Shown piece after piece: positions 44,021 to 53,828 of a stretch of 64,000 nucleotides of DNA. The stretch spans positions 1,775,852 through 1,839,851 of the forward strand of contig OZ244940.1 in assembly GCA_965222035.1 (NCBI GenBank). Direction: 5' to 3'. Below the pieces are notes generated by a model that worked only from the letters and a program-made list of their open reading frames with translations, made no database searches and was not told the origin of the DNA. The position numbers and the translations under genes are program-made. The number at the start of each line of letters is the position of its first letter. The stretch's first letter is position 1. The stretch comes from Candidatus Amphirhobacter sp. Its GTDB lineage: Bacteria; Pseudomonadota; Gammaproteobacteria; Tethybacterales; Tethybacteraceae.

Positions 44021-45592
44021 ATGCGCCTGATCCGCGGACGGCAAGCATCGCCGGGCCTGGCCTACGGCAAGGCTTTCGTGCTCAAGCGCCGGCGCCCGCA
44101 AGACTCGGTCAGCGACGTACCGGCTGAGCGCGAGCGCCTGAGAGCCGCCATCGCGGCTGCCGTCTCGCAGCTGCATGCGCTCGCCGCCAAGGCGCCGTCG
44201 CCGGACGCGCGCGGCATGCTGGAGTTCCAGGCCGAGCTCGCCAAGGATCCCAGCCTGGTCGACAGCGCCTACGCCAAGATCGAGCAGGGCCAGGGCGCGG
44301 TCAGCGCCTGGCGCATGGTCTTGGATGCGGAAGTGGCGGAGTACAAGCAGTCAGCCAGCGATAGTTTCCGGGCGCGCGCGAGCGATGTCGCGGACCTGCG
44401 CGAGCGCGTGCTGGACTCCTTGCTCGGACGGAACGCGCTGACGCTGCCGGCGGGCCGGGTGGTGCTGGCGGACGACATGACGCCCAGCATGTTCCTCAGC
44501 ACCGACTGGCGACGCGGCGCGCTAGTGCTGGAAGAGGGCAGCGCGTCCAGCCACGTCGCCATGCTGGCGCGTTCGCAGAAGGTGCCGATGCTGATCGACG
44601 CAAAGTGGCGCGAGCAGTTCGCGGACCAGCTGTGCATCGTCGACGCCGAAGAGGGCGTCTTGCAGGTCGAGCCCGATGAGAAGTCGCTCGCCAACTATCG
44701 CCGCCGCCGCCAGTGGCTGGCCCGGCAGGAGCGCCAGCAGCGGGATGGCATGCTGCGCCCGGCCCGGACAGCATGCGGCCAGGCGCTCGCGGTCCGAGCG
44801 AATATCACTTCGCTCGACGAGCTCGCTGGCATGGACCGCCGCGCCATCGACGGCCTGGGCCTGGTGCGTACGGAGTTCTTGTTCAAGCACGGCCTGGCGG
44901 ACGAGGACAGCCAGTACCAGAGCTATCGCAAGCTGCTCAAGTGGGCCGGGCGCCAACCGGTCACAATCCGCACCCTGGACGCCGGCGGCGACAAGCCGAT
45001 CCCGGGCTATACGGTCGATGGCGAGAGCAATCCTTTTCTCGGTACCCGCGGGCTGCGCCTGTCGCTGCGTCAGTCGCGTGAGTTCCGCACGCAGCTGCGC
45101 GCCATGCTGCGCGCGGCCCAGGGCGGCAAGCTGCGGATCCTGCTGCCGATGGTGACCGTCCCGTCAGAGTACAGTCGGGCGCGGCGGGTCCTGCGGGAGG
45201 AAGCGGCCAAGTTGAAGGTGCCCTTGCCGCCGCTGGGGATGATGGTCGAAGTGCCGGCCGCTGCGCTGGCGATCGAGAAGTTTCGCGCTGATTTCTACGC
45301 CATCGGCAGCAACGACCTATTGCAGTACCTCACCGCCTGCGGGCGTGACGTCGCCGGCTTGGATGAGTTGGCTGACCAGAGCATGGATTTATTGCTGGAA
45401 TTGATTGCACGAGTGGTCGCGCATGGCAAGAACAGCGATGCGGAGGTCAGCATCTGCGGCGACCTCGCTGGCGATCCGGCGCGCATCCCGGCGCTGCTAG
45501 CTTGCGGGCTGCGGTCGTTGTCGATGGCTTATGGCCGGGTAGGCGCGGCCAAGGCGGCCATCGCCAAGTGGCGGCAGGCACCTAATCAATGA
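44021..45592 (+). CDS. ptsI: Phosphoenolpyruvate-protein phosphotransferase (PTS enzyme I)
   Basis: Phosphohistidine region GSASSHVAMLARS, RTEFLF, the IRTLDAGGDK PEP-utilising domain, and IGSNDLLQY. Confidence 0.85.
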   Translation: MRLIRGRQASPGLAYGKAFVLKRRRPQDSVSDVPAERERLRAAIAAAVSQLHALAAKAPSPDARGMLEFQAELAKDPSLVDSAYAKIEQGQGAVSAWRMVLDAEVAEYKQSASDSFRARASDVADLRERVLDSLLGRNALTLPAGRVVLADDMTPSMFLSTDWRRGALVLEEGSASSHVAMLARSQKVPMLIDAKWREQFADQLCIVDAEEGVLQVEPDEKSLANYRRRRQWLARQERQQRDGMLRPARTACGQALAVRANITSLDELAGMDRRAIDGLGLVRTEFLFKHGLADEDSQYQSYRKLLKWAGRQPVTIRTLDAGGDKPIPGYTVDGESNPFLGTRGLRLSLRQSREFRTQLRAMLRAAQGGKLRILLPMVTVPSEYSRARRVLREEAAKLKVPLPPLGMMVEVPAAALAIEKFRADFYAIGSNDLLQYLTACGRDVAGLDELADQSMDLLLELIARVVAHGKNSDAEVSICGDLAGDPARIPALLACGLRSLSMAYGRVGAAKAAIAKWRQAPNQ

Positions 45593-45635
45593 ATATGCTG
45601 TAAATAGGTTAGAATTATCGTACAAATGACCCTCG

Positions 45636-45644
45636 CCCCCCCCC
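45636..45644. repeat. Homopolymeric C9 tract at the left edge of the tRNA-proximal AT-rich island
   Basis: Nine consecutive C residues, read directly, 44 nt after the ptsI stop. Confidence 0.95.
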
Positions 45645-45852
45645 TTCCAAAGGGTAGTTTCTGCCTGCAGTGAGACAGCCCTAGAGCATTCCTCTGCGCT
45701 TCGGTGGCAATCTAGGGACACACCCGATAATCCAAATTACTTAGGGCTTTTTTGTCTGCCCTATTGCTATTTCAGCGTTGCTTTGGGCAGCGCTGGTGCT
45801 GTGGATCAGCACATCTATCCTGTAGCTGGGAAACACCTCAAAGAGGCGATGC

Positions 45853-47334
45853 ATGGCTAAACCAAACTGGGACAACCGCACTCTGTTCCAGGGCGATAAT
45901 CTGGATGTCATGCGAGCTATGAACTCCGAATCAGTTGATCTGATTGCCACCGATCCACCTTTTAACAAAGGGCACGATTTCCATGCTACGCCTGATAGCT
46001 TAGCCGCTGGTTCTTCCTTCCAGGACCGCTGGACCTGGGAGGAGGTTCATGAAGAATGGTTGGAGCAAATCCAGGGAGACAGCCTAAAGCTAACGACAGT
46101 CGTCAATTCCGCCCGTAAAGCTCATTCAGACGGCATGGGAGCTTTCCTATGTTTTCTTAGCGTTCGCCTTATGGCCATGCACAGATTGCTGAAGCCAACA
46201 GGCAGTATTTTCATTCACTGCGACCATAGTGCCGGCCATTACATCAAATCGGCGATGGATGCTGTATTTGGCAGCGACAATTTCGTCAATGAGATTGTGT
46301 GGCGGAGAGCTGAAGCGAAAGGCAGGGCAAAGAGATCCTTCGGCAAAAACCACGATATTATTTTCTGGTATGGCAAATCTAGAAGCCGTATATTCAACCC
46401 TATTTATCGACAGCATGATGCGAGGTATTTGTCAAAATATCGGCATGTGGAAGAGGGAACGATGCGACGCTATCAGCTTGACAATCTAATTTCACCCAAG
46501 CCTAACCCTAAAACGCGCTATGAGTTCCTAGGTGTTACAAAGGACTGGCGCTGGACTAAGGAGCGTATGGAGCAAGGTTTTAAAGATGGCATAGTGGTTC
46601 AAACTAAACCAGGTGCGACAGCTAGGCTTAAGCGCTATCTTGATGAACAAGGTGGGCCCATGATTGACAGTATATGGGATGATGTGAAGGCATTAAACTC
46701 ACAGGCAAATGAGCGTACTGGATATCCCACCCAAAAACCAATAGTGCTTTACAAGCGAATCATAAAAGTTGCCAGCAATCCAGGAGATATAGTGCTTGAT
46801 CCGTTCGCAGGCTGCGCCACTACATGTGTTGCTGCCGAGATGGAACAACGGCAATGGGTGGGAATTGATATTTGGAACAAGATAGAAGAGGTTATCAAAA
46901 GCAGGCTCGAGCAAGAGCGCGAACTAAAAGATCTTGATCCAAATGAGATATTTCTTATTAAGAACTTGCCAGAGCGCACCGATAAGGGAGATGTAGCCGC
47001 CCATTATCTGCGCGTTCGCGAGACTACTAAGAATCCTTGTGACAGGGACAGATTTAAGAACAATAAAGAGAGGAAAGAATTCCTCATTAAGCGAGATGGC
47101 GTTCGGTGCGCAGGTTGCGATAGAATTTTCGATCGCCCTGAATACCTGGAACTAGATCACAATACGCCAAGGTCGAGCGGCGGCTGGGACCACATCAGCA
47201 ACTATGTTTTGTTGTGTCGGCCTTGCAATGGGGCTAAATCCAATACACTTACGCTAGAAGGGCTGCGAAAACGGAACAAGCAGCAAGGTTTCATGGACAG
47301 CCAGCCAGCACCCACTAGTCCCCACCTCTCATAA
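45853..47334 (+). CDS. Beta-class N6A/N4C DNA methyltransferase fused to a C-terminal HNH nuclease domain
   Basis: Motif IV IATDPPFNKG precedes motif I VLDPFAGCATT (beta-class order), and YPTQKP is present. The C-terminus (about 47095-47270) reads CAGC...LELDHNTPRSSGGWDHISNYVLLCRPCNGAKSN, an HNH with two CxxC pairs. The gene is AT-rich. Confidence 0.8.
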   Translation: MAKPNWDNRTLFQGDNLDVMRAMNSESVDLIATDPPFNKGHDFHATPDSLAAGSSFQDRWTWEEVHEEWLEQIQGDSLKLTTVVNSARKAHSDGMGAFLCFLSVRLMAMHRLLKPTGSIFIHCDHSAGHYIKSAMDAVFGSDNFVNEIVWRRAEAKGRAKRSFGKNHDIIFWYGKSRSRIFNPIYRQHDARYLSKYRHVEEGTMRRYQLDNLISPKPNPKTRYEFLGVTKDWRWTKERMEQGFKDGIVVQTKPGATARLKRYLDEQGGPMIDSIWDDVKALNSQANERTGYPTQKPIVLYKRIIKVASNPGDIVLDPFAGCATTCVAAEMEQRQWVGIDIWNKIEEVIKSRLEQERELKDLDPNEIFLIKNLPERTDKGDVAAHYLRVRETTKNPCDRDRFKNNKERKEFLIKRDGVRCAGCDRIFDRPEYLELDHNTPRSSGGWDHISNYVLLCRPCNGAKSNTLTLEGLRKRNKQQGFMDSQPAPTSPHLS

Positions 47335-47344
47335 TAGAACACAA

Positions 47345-48220
47345 ATGAACAAAAAACAAAAAACTGAGGCAACAGCTCCTAACGAAGGCAAAATCGAAGT
47401 GCGGGCTTCAAGCCTGCCAGCGATAGCAAGCTGCGCCCGCTACTACGCAGCCCAGGTGTACGGCAAGGAGGCATCCCAAGCACATCCTGACATCATGGAG
47501 AAGGTTGAAAAACGTGGCGGAGGCTATAAGTCGACCATGGGAGATGCCATGCACAAAATCATGCATCTCAATCTCACACACGAGGATGAGGTGCATAAGG
47601 CGGCTGACGAAGCTTTCGAGCGCAAAATAGAAAAGCCCGGTTTTTTCGATGAGAAGTTTCTCAACACTTCTGACCTGAAAGACACGCTTGTCAAGATGGT
47701 GCAGAATTGCCGGCAGAGCGAGGCTGTGCGCGAGTGGACGACTGAGCGCGAAGGAAATATCTACGAAAAACAGTGGGAGATTGATGATTTGGACCCGGAT
47801 TACATTTTGACGGGGCACATCGATTGCGTTCGCAAGGACGGGATGGTACTTGATTTGAAAATTGGCGTCACTACCGATCAGCAGCTCTACCAAGAGCAGT
47901 TAACTGCTTATCATATGATGGTAGAGCGCCAGGGGCGCGAAAGCCCTGAAATTGCCACTATCGTAAAAATAGCAAGGCCCAAAACTCCCAATTTCAAAGA
48001 AACAACATTGCGTGTCGTACGCTATGAAATACCAATCACAATTCATAAGAAAAGCATCCCCATCTTGGTCAAGAAGGCTGGTGATGTAAAAAGTAATTAT
48101 GATAATTTCAAAGAAGATTTCACAAAGTTGCCTGCCAATCCCGCTTGCCGCGCCTGCCAATGGTGCAAGCTCAAGAACACCTCAGGATGTCCTGAAACTC
48201 AATCAAGGATCATCGAATAG
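47345..48220 (+). CDS. Cas4/RecB-like PD-(D/E)xK nuclease with Cys cluster
   Basis: N-terminal Cys (IASCARYY), GHIDCV, LDLK (DxK), QEQLTAYHMM (QxxxY), and C-terminal CRACQWCKLKNTSGC. It starts 10 nt after the MTase-HNH stop. Confidence 0.7.
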   Translation: MNKKQKTEATAPNEGKIEVRASSLPAIASCARYYAAQVYGKEASQAHPDIMEKVEKRGGGYKSTMGDAMHKIMHLNLTHEDEVHKAADEAFERKIEKPGFFDEKFLNTSDLKDTLVKMVQNCRQSEAVREWTTEREGNIYEKQWEIDDLDPDYILTGHIDCVRKDGMVLDLKIGVTTDQQLYQEQLTAYHMMVERQGRESPEIATIVKIARPKTPNFKETTLRVVRYEIPITIHKKSIPILVKKAGDVKSNYDNFKEDFTKLPANPACRACQWCKLKNTSGCPETQSRIIE

Positions 48221-48565
48221 GATTGATTTTTTGTTTCCAATATCCGTAGAGCACGCCGGCAGAGCGTATTAAGATGATTCAAACCCACGCTGCCTTTGGT
48301 TGTCAGCCCCCCTAGCGCGCAACTGCACTGCTCGCTCGACATCGTGCTAGGCCGCCTGGATTGAGACAAACAAATAATACGATCTTCTCAAAATAAAACG
48401 TAATACGTATTTCCTGAAAAAATAGGAATTCGATATAAATCGCGTAAGATATTGAAATTCAAGTTTTTTCTTATATGCTTTGTTTTGCTAATCCAGGCTA
48501 ACGGTCGCAAATAAGCTGCGAAACGTCAATTCTCATCTCCAAGCAAGACCCGCCAGTTATCGGCT

Positions 48566-49996
48566 TCACCGCCCGCTCCGTATTTTCTCCAGGCCCAGTC
48601 CATAGCCATACTGGGCGGTAGGCACGACGGTCAGGCCGCTTTTGAAAGCTAGCTTGCCCGCATAGACGCTTTGGGAAGTGCAGACCAGGATGTCGGGACG
48701 GCGTTCCTGCTTGCGCCACTCTATTTTGTTGAGCACATATGCCATAGTGCGATCCGCAGCGAGGAATTTATTTTCATCATCATCCCATTTCACTTCCGTA
48801 AGCGACTTCGGCTTGTTGTGAAGATCGATAAGAGCCAAATCGATTTCAAATGTCTGATTATTCTCTTTGAAATGGATGTAGCAGATCCTGTTAGTAAGCC
48901 TCTCTACATGCATTTGGGAGCGCACGAAGGCCTCGAGCTTATGACCTATGCCCTTCTCTGCAAGGTCGATTTCGACACCTTGCGATAATGTGTAGGCGGA
49001 GTTATTGACCAGCGAGTACCGATCTCCCCGATGGTTTGCGTTTTCACGCAGTAGTTCATCGACTTTGGGAGTGCGCGCCACGACATAGGCAGCTACTAAA
49101 TAATTAAGCATGTCTGCTATCTTGTCTCTTTTGACGTTGATGGCTGTGGCTAGGCGACTGACATTGATTTCCAGGCCGGAATGCGCGGTTAAGTGACCCT
49201 GTACCTTGCCTAGATCATTGGCCTCAAACTTGCCGTACAACGGCGCAATTGCTCGCAGGAGGTTGTTATCGAAGATGTCAAGAGTGATTGTTCTGTGACT
49301 CGGCGAACTAGCAAAAACCATTTCTGGATAACTGCCACGATTCAGATAATCCTGGAGATGGTGGTTTAGTTTGGCGATTGCGGCTGGTGATAGCCGGACC
49401 GAGAGGATGTCTTCCAGCTTGGTAGCGTCGCGGAAGGCGGCAGGGCGCTGGCCGATGAAACCCAAATACTCACAGAACAGAATTGGTGGCAGGTAATATT
49501 CCGAGAAGCGCCCCACTCCGGTCTCGCGCCCACGCAGCCGCATGGCGTAGGCTGCCGAGCCCGACGCCATGAATCTGATATCAGGGTACATGTCGGTCAG
49601 CACTTTCAGCTGCGTCTCCCAGTCGTCGCAAGACTGAATTTCGTCATAGACCACCAAGTAGGGCCCCTTAGTTTCCGCCTGCTCCCGGAAGATTTTCAGG
49701 ATATCATAGAGGCAGGAGTGATCCCGGACTGGCAGGGGGTCTATCGTGATGAAGCAGACGTTCTTGGGCTTGAAGCGGCCGGAAGCGATTGCCTCGCCGA
49801 TGATCTGCCGCAGCAAATAGGTCTTGCCCACCCGACGCGGTCCGAGTAGGATCGGCGTGCGGACATAGTCGGTACTGAAAGTTTGCTCGGTGAGGGCAGC
49901 GAACAAAGCGCGCCGATGCTTGGCCTGCACTTCCACAGGCGGCTTGCCGTCGTGCCACCATGGATTGCTTGCCACAATCCATTCACGCATCTTCAT
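48566..49996 (-). CDS. AAA+ ATPase of the COG1373 / DUF4143 type with C-terminal D...ExK motif (paralog 3)
   Basis: The N-terminus has NPWWHDGKPP as in paralogs 1 and 2. It has GPRRVGKTY, LVVYDEIQ and FEIDLALI...LTEVKW. Identity to paralogs 1 and 2 is about one third by eye. Confidence 0.7.
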   Translation of the reverse strand: MKMREWIVASNPWWHDGKPPVEVQAKHRRALFAALTEQTFSTDYVRTPILLGPRRVGKTYLLRQIIGEAIASGRFKPKNVCFITIDPLPVRDHSCLYDILKIFREQAETKGPYLVVYDEIQSCDDWETQLKVLTDMYPDIRFMASGSAAYAMRLRGRETGVGRFSEYYLPPILFCEYLGFIGQRPAAFRDATKLEDILSVRLSPAAIAKLNHHLQDYLNRGSYPEMVFASSPSHRTITLDIFDNNLLRAIAPLYGKFEANDLGKVQGHLTAHSGLEINVSRLATAINVKRDKIADMLNYLVAAYVVARTPKVDELLRENANHRGDRYSLVNNSAYTLSQGVEIDLAEKGIGHKLEAFVRSQMHVERLTNRICYIHFKENNQTFEIDLALIDLHNKPKSLTEVKWDDDENKFLAADRTMAYVLNKIEWRKQERRPDILVCTSQSVYAGKLAFKSGLTVVPTAQYGYGLGLEKIRSGR

Positions 49997-50104
49997 GTTG
50001 TCCGTCGCCTCCTATTGGTTAGGAGATAATTATATCATTTTGTACGAAATTTGATATTATATGTATTTGTTAAGAAGTGCAACATTTAGATATAAAATAT
50101 ATAA

Positions 50105-50128
50105 GATATTGAAAATAAAAGATTAAAT
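50105..50128. promoter_or_regulatory. Conserved AT-rich box upstream of COG1373 paralog 3
   Basis: GATATTGAAAATAAAAGATTAAAT. It is the counterpart of 30155-30177, at a similar distance from the start codon. Confidence 0.4.
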
Positions 50129-50208
50129 CCATATCTCTTATTTTGCCAAATCAAGCTTGCCAGCCGAAAAACGAGCCTGGCTTGCCTGTTTTCCTTGCCG
50201 AAGCAAGG

Positions 50209-50281
50209 CGTCCCCAAGGGGAGTCGAACCCCTGTTGCCGCCGTGAAAGGGCGGTGTCCTAGGCCTCTAGACGATGGGGAC
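50209..50281 (-). tRNA. tRNA-Glu (anticodon UUC), CCA not encoded
   Basis: The reverse complement reads GTCCCCATCGTCTAGAGGCCTAGGACACCGCCCTTTCACGGCGGCAACAGGGGTTCGACTCCCCTTGGGGACG. The cloverleaf is intact, with anticodon loop CTTTCAC. Confidence 0.9.
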
Positions 50282-50289
50282 CCGGAACC

Positions 50290-50365
50290 TGGTGGAGGTA
50301 AGCGGGTTCGAACCGCTGGCCTCTTGTATGCCATACAAGTGCTCTACCAACTGAGCTATACCCCC
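50290..50365 (-). tRNA. tRNA-Ala (anticodon GGC), CCA encoded
   Basis: The reverse complement reads GGGGGTATAGCTCAGTTGGTAGAGCACTTGTATGGCATACAAGAGGCCAGCGGTTCGAACCCGCTTACCTCCACCA. The G3:U70 identity pair is present. Confidence 0.9.
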
Positions 50366-50418
50366 TTGTAGCGTGGGGATTCTATAACGACCGGGCCCCT
50401 GCGGGGCAAGGGCAGGCC

Positions 50419-50742
50419 CTATTGGACCGTTACCGCCGTGCCCGAGATCGACACCATCAGCATGTTGCTGCCGCCGCCGCCGATGACCTCGTAGTCGATG
50501 TCGCAGCCGATGACTGCGTTCGCGCCCATGTCCGCCGCCACCAGCGTCATCTCCTCGGTCGCGATCTCGCGGGCCTTGCGCAGCTCCTTCTCGTAGGTGC
50601 CCGAGCGCCCGCCGACGATGTCGGTGATGCTCGCGAACAGGTCCTTGAAGACGTTCGCGCCCATGATGGTCTCGCCGGTGACGATGCCGTGGTACTTGGC
50701 GATGCTGCGCCCTTCGATGGTGTTGGTGGTGGTTACGATCAT
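50419..50742 (-). CDS. YbjQ (UPF0145) family protein
   Basis: 107 aa, [24 protein letters not shown]...GTAV, typical of YbjQ. It is only the 3' end of the spurious 788-aa listed ORF. Confidence 0.8.
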   Translation of the reverse strand: MIVTTTNTIEGRSIAKYHGIVTGETIMGANVFKDLFASITDIVGGRSGTYEKELRKAREIATEEMTLVAADMGANAVIGCDIDYEVIGGGGSNMLMVSISGTAVTVQ

Positions 50743-50832
50743 GCTGGAAGCTCCGGCTGCTGCGGACTGCCATTTTACCCGTTCGCCCGCTTGGTAAAAT
50801 TGCCTGGACGCACCCCTACCCAGGATCCACCC

Positions 50833-52200
50833 ATGGCCAAGCTCTGCATCATCGGCGCCGGCAGCACCGTCTTCACCAAGCACATCGTCACCGACCTGCT
50901 GCTGCTGGACGACTTCAAGGACCTCGAGATCGCCCTGGTCGACATCGACCCCGAGCGCCTCGAGCTCACCGCCCAGGTCCTCGGAGCCCTCGCCAAGCAG
51001 CTCGGCGCCCGGCCCAAGCTGACCACCCACGCCGAGCGCCGCGACGGCCTGCCCGGCAGCGACTTCGTCCTCACCGCCATCCAGGTCGGGGGCTACAAGC
51101 CTGCGACCGTCATCGACTTCGAGATACCCGAGAAGTACGGCCTGCGCCAGACCATCGCCGACACCCTCGGCATCGGCGGCGTCATGCGCGCGCTGCGTAC
51201 CATCCCGGTGCTGCTCGACATCGCCGCGGACGTCGCCGAACTGTGCCCGCAGGCGACCTGGCTGCAGTACGTCAATCCCATGGTGATGAACATGATGGCG
51301 ATCGACGCGCGCTATCCGGAACTCAAGGCCGTCGGTTTGTGCCACTCGGTCCAGGGGACCGCCGCCATGCTCGCGCGCGACCTCGGCGAGAAGTTCGAGG
51401 ACATCGACTTCGAATGCGCCGGCATCAATCACATGGCGTTCTACACCCGCTTCGCCAAGAAGGCCAACGGCGGCGCCGGCGAGGACTTGTATCCGCGGCT
51501 GCGGGAGGTCGCCCGGCAGATCCTCGCGAACGAGCGCACCTCGACCCGTACCGAGGAGCCGATGGACCACGGCAAGAAACTGCCGGAGAAGGTGCGCTAT
51601 GAGATGCTGATGCGCCTGGGCTACTTCGTGACCGAAAGCTCCGAGCACTTCAGCGAGTACGTCCCCTGGTTCATCAAAAGCCACCAGCCCGGGCTGGTCG
51701 AGGAATTCGGCATCCCGCTCAACGAGTACATCGACCGCTGCGAGTATGCGACCACCAAGTGGCAGAACATCGCCAAGCGGATGGATGACGAGCAGCTGCC
51801 GGCCGAGCGCTCCGACGAGTACGCCTCCCACATCGCCCATGCCGTCTCCGGCGGACCCCCGGCGGTCTTCAACGGCAACGTCTCCAACCGCGACTTGCTG
51901 ATCCCGAACCTGCCCGCCGACGCCTGCGTCGAAGTACCCTGCGACGTCGACGCCAAGGGCATCCGCCCGCGCCGGGTCGAGGCGCTGCCCGTCCACCTCG
52001 CCGCGCTCATGCGCACCAACCTCAACGTCCAGGAACTGACCGTCAAGGCCGTGCTCGAAGGCAACCGCGAGCACGTTTATCACGCCGCCATGCTCGACCC
52101 GCACACCGCGGCCGAGCTCAGCCTCGATCAGATCTGGAAGATGGTCGACGAATTGCTCGCCGCGCACGGCGAGTACATCCCCGCCAACCTGCGCCCCTAG
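50833..52200 (+). CDS. melA: Glycoside hydrolase family 4 alpha-galactosidase
   Basis: [54 protein letters not shown] and CAGINHMAF closely parallel E. coli MelA as remembered. Confidence 0.85.
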   Translation: MAKLCIIGAGSTVFTKHIVTDLLLLDDFKDLEIALVDIDPERLELTAQVLGALAKQLGARPKLTTHAERRDGLPGSDFVLTAIQVGGYKPATVIDFEIPEKYGLRQTIADTLGIGGVMRALRTIPVLLDIAADVAELCPQATWLQYVNPMVMNMMAIDARYPELKAVGLCHSVQGTAAMLARDLGEKFEDIDFECAGINHMAFYTRFAKKANGGAGEDLYPRLREVARQILANERTSTRTEEPMDHGKKLPEKVRYEMLMRLGYFVTESSEHFSEYVPWFIKSHQPGLVEEFGIPLNEYIDRCEYATTKWQNIAKRMDDEQLPAERSDEYASHIAHAVSGGPPAVFNGNVSNRDLLIPNLPADACVEVPCDVDAKGIRPRRVEALPVHLAALMRTNLNVQELTVKAVLEGNREHVYHAAMLDPHTAAELSLDQIWKMVDELLAAHGEYIPANLRP

Positions 52201-53807
52201 TTGCTGCGCCGCTGCGGCAGTACGATCGGCAGGCCGTTCGCCAAGGCCTCGAGCACGGCCGCATGGCCGAGCGCCGCGCCGGCGACCGCCTTGGCCTGCT
52301 TGACCTTGTGGCGCCAGCAGCCCTCGACCGCGGTCGCCAGCCGCTGGTCCTTGCGCAGCTCCTTCGCCGCGGCCTCCTTGTCGAGCAGCCCCAGGCCGTC
52401 GAGGACCGGATAGTACAGCTCGGTCTCGGCATGCGGCAGGCCGAGGAAATTGTCGAAGTCTTCCGGCCGCGGCAGCCGCTCGCGCCAGGACGCTAAACGC
52501 TCGGCCGCAGCCGGCGCCAGGCACTTCTCCTTGACGTGCCGCCAGAACGGCGTGTCGCTGCGCCCGCCGCGATAGTGCATCACTAGGAAAGTACGGAAGT
52601 CGTCCATGACGCGGGCGACGGTCTGGTTGTACTGCTCGCGCGCCTCCGGCGCGCCCGGCGCCTCGCCCGCCATGCAGTCGCGGTCGAACAGCAGCAGCTG
52701 GACCAAGGTGGTGTGGATGGAAGTGGCCTCGAGCGGCTCGAGAAAACCGCTGGCGAGGCCGGCAGCCAGGCAGTTGCCGGCCCACGCCTGCTGCAGGCGC
52801 CCGACCTGGAACTTGATGTCCGCCAGCGGCTCGATCTTCTGTCCCAGCTTCGCTTCGACCTCGGCCTGGGCCTGCTCGGGGGTCGCATGCTCATCGCAGT
52901 AGGCGTAGCCGTTGCCGATGCGGTCCTGGGTCGGGATCTGCCACAGCCAGCCGGCGCCCAGGGCCCAGGCATGGGTGTAGGGCGCGACCGGCTGCCCCGG
53001 GCGATGCTGCAGCTGGAACGGAAAGGCGCGGTTGACCGGCAGGCAGTCCTGGTAGCTCACCCACTTATCGCCGCCGACGGCCGCGATCAGCTTGCGGCGG
53101 AAACCGGTGCAGTCGATGAAGAAGTCCCCGGCGATGGTCCGGCCGTCCGCGCAGCGCAGCTGCGTGATGGTGCTCCCGTCCTCATCGGTCTCCGCTGTCT
53201 CGACCTGGGCGTCGACGACCGCTAGGTCCGGCAAGCGCGCACGCAGCCAGGCCGCGACCTTGGCGTTGTCGAAGTGATAGGCGTGGCTGAACTCAGAGCA
53301 GCGCTCGAGCGTTTCCCCGCGCCGGACGAAGGGCGCCTTGCCCCCGCGCATCAGCTGCGCGAAGTGATGCGACTGGGATACCTTCATGCCGTTGGCGACC
53401 GCATGGAAATTGAGCAGCTCCAGCGCGGGCAGGCCGGGCACGTCGCGCTGCCAGTGCGGATCGTCGATGGGCCCGTCGTAGTACTGCCCCGATCCGTCCC
53501 AGTCGCGATGGCGGATACCCAGCTTGAAGGTCGCGCGGGTCTCGCGCACGAACTCGTCCTCAGCCAGCTTGAAGTGCTCGAGAAAGAGCTTGAACAAAGC
53601 CGTGGTGCCCTCGCCGACGCCGATGGTCGGGATGGCCGAGCTCTCGATCATGACCAGGTCCCAGGGCCGCTGGTTCTGCCGGATGCGCGCCTGGCAGATC
53701 CAGGCCGCCAGCCAGCCGGCGGTCCCGCCGCCGACGATGACCATGCGCTTGCGCCCGGCCGGGACCGCGGCCAGCTCTTCCGCGCTCGGGGGCGTGGGTT
53801 CAGCCAC
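52197..53807 (-). CDS. Tryptophan halogenase family flavoprotein
   Basis: [13 protein letters not shown] motif, IGVGEGT, and a conserved WxWxIP-like segment (GWLWQIPTQ). Confidence 0.8.
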   Translation of the reverse strand: MAEPTPPSAEELAAVPAGRKRMVIVGGGTAGWLAAWICQARIRQNQRPWDLVMIESSAIPTIGVGEGTTALFKLFLEHFKLAEDEFVRETRATFKLGIRHRDWDGSGQYYDGPIDDPHWQRDVPGLPALELLNFHAVANGMKVSQSHHFAQLMRGGKAPFVRRGETLERCSEFSHAYHFDNAKVAAWLRARLPDLAVVDAQVETAETDEDGSTITQLRCADGRTIAGDFFIDCTGFRRKLIAAVGGDKWVSYQDCLPVNRAFPFQLQHRPGQPVAPYTHAWALGAGWLWQIPTQDRIGNGYAYCDEHATPEQAQAEVEAKLGQKIEPLADIKFQVGRLQQAWAGNCLAAGLASGFLEPLEATSIHTTLVQLLLFDRDCMAGEAPGAPEAREQYNQTVARVMDDFRTFLVMHYRGGRSDTPFWRHVKEKCLAPAAAERLASWRERLPRPEDFDNFLGLPHAETELYYPVLDGLGLLDKEAAAKELRKDQRLATAVEGCWRHKVKQAKAVAGAALGHAAVLEALANGLPIVLPQRRSN

Positions 53808-53828
53808 AGACGCGGGTGAGGTCGGTGC

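Noticed and set aside
45600-50281. Calling the tRNA-adjacent AT-rich region an integrative genomic island or prophage.
   Set aside because: No integrase, excisionase or phage structural gene is present. I found no direct repeat of the tRNA-Glu 3' end at the distal border. Only compositional atypicality and tRNA proximity support the idea, so it is reported as an islet and not as a defined mobile element.
50379-50384. TAGAAT (minus strand) 14 nt upstream of tRNA-Ala as the tRNA operon -10 box. The GCCCC-TGC-GGGGC hairpin near 50394-50406 was also considered as the ybjQ terminator.
   Set aside because: Both are plausible, but no acceptable -35 element is present and the hairpin is short with no T-run. 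Support is too weak to list them as features.
50419-52785. 788-aa minus-strand ORF spanning the melA region.
   Set aside because: Only its last 107 codons (50419-50742) form a credible YbjQ-family protein. The rest is antisense to the well-supported GH4 gene on the plus strand and to part of the halogenase-family gene, and reads as low-complexity Arg/Gly/Ala sequence.
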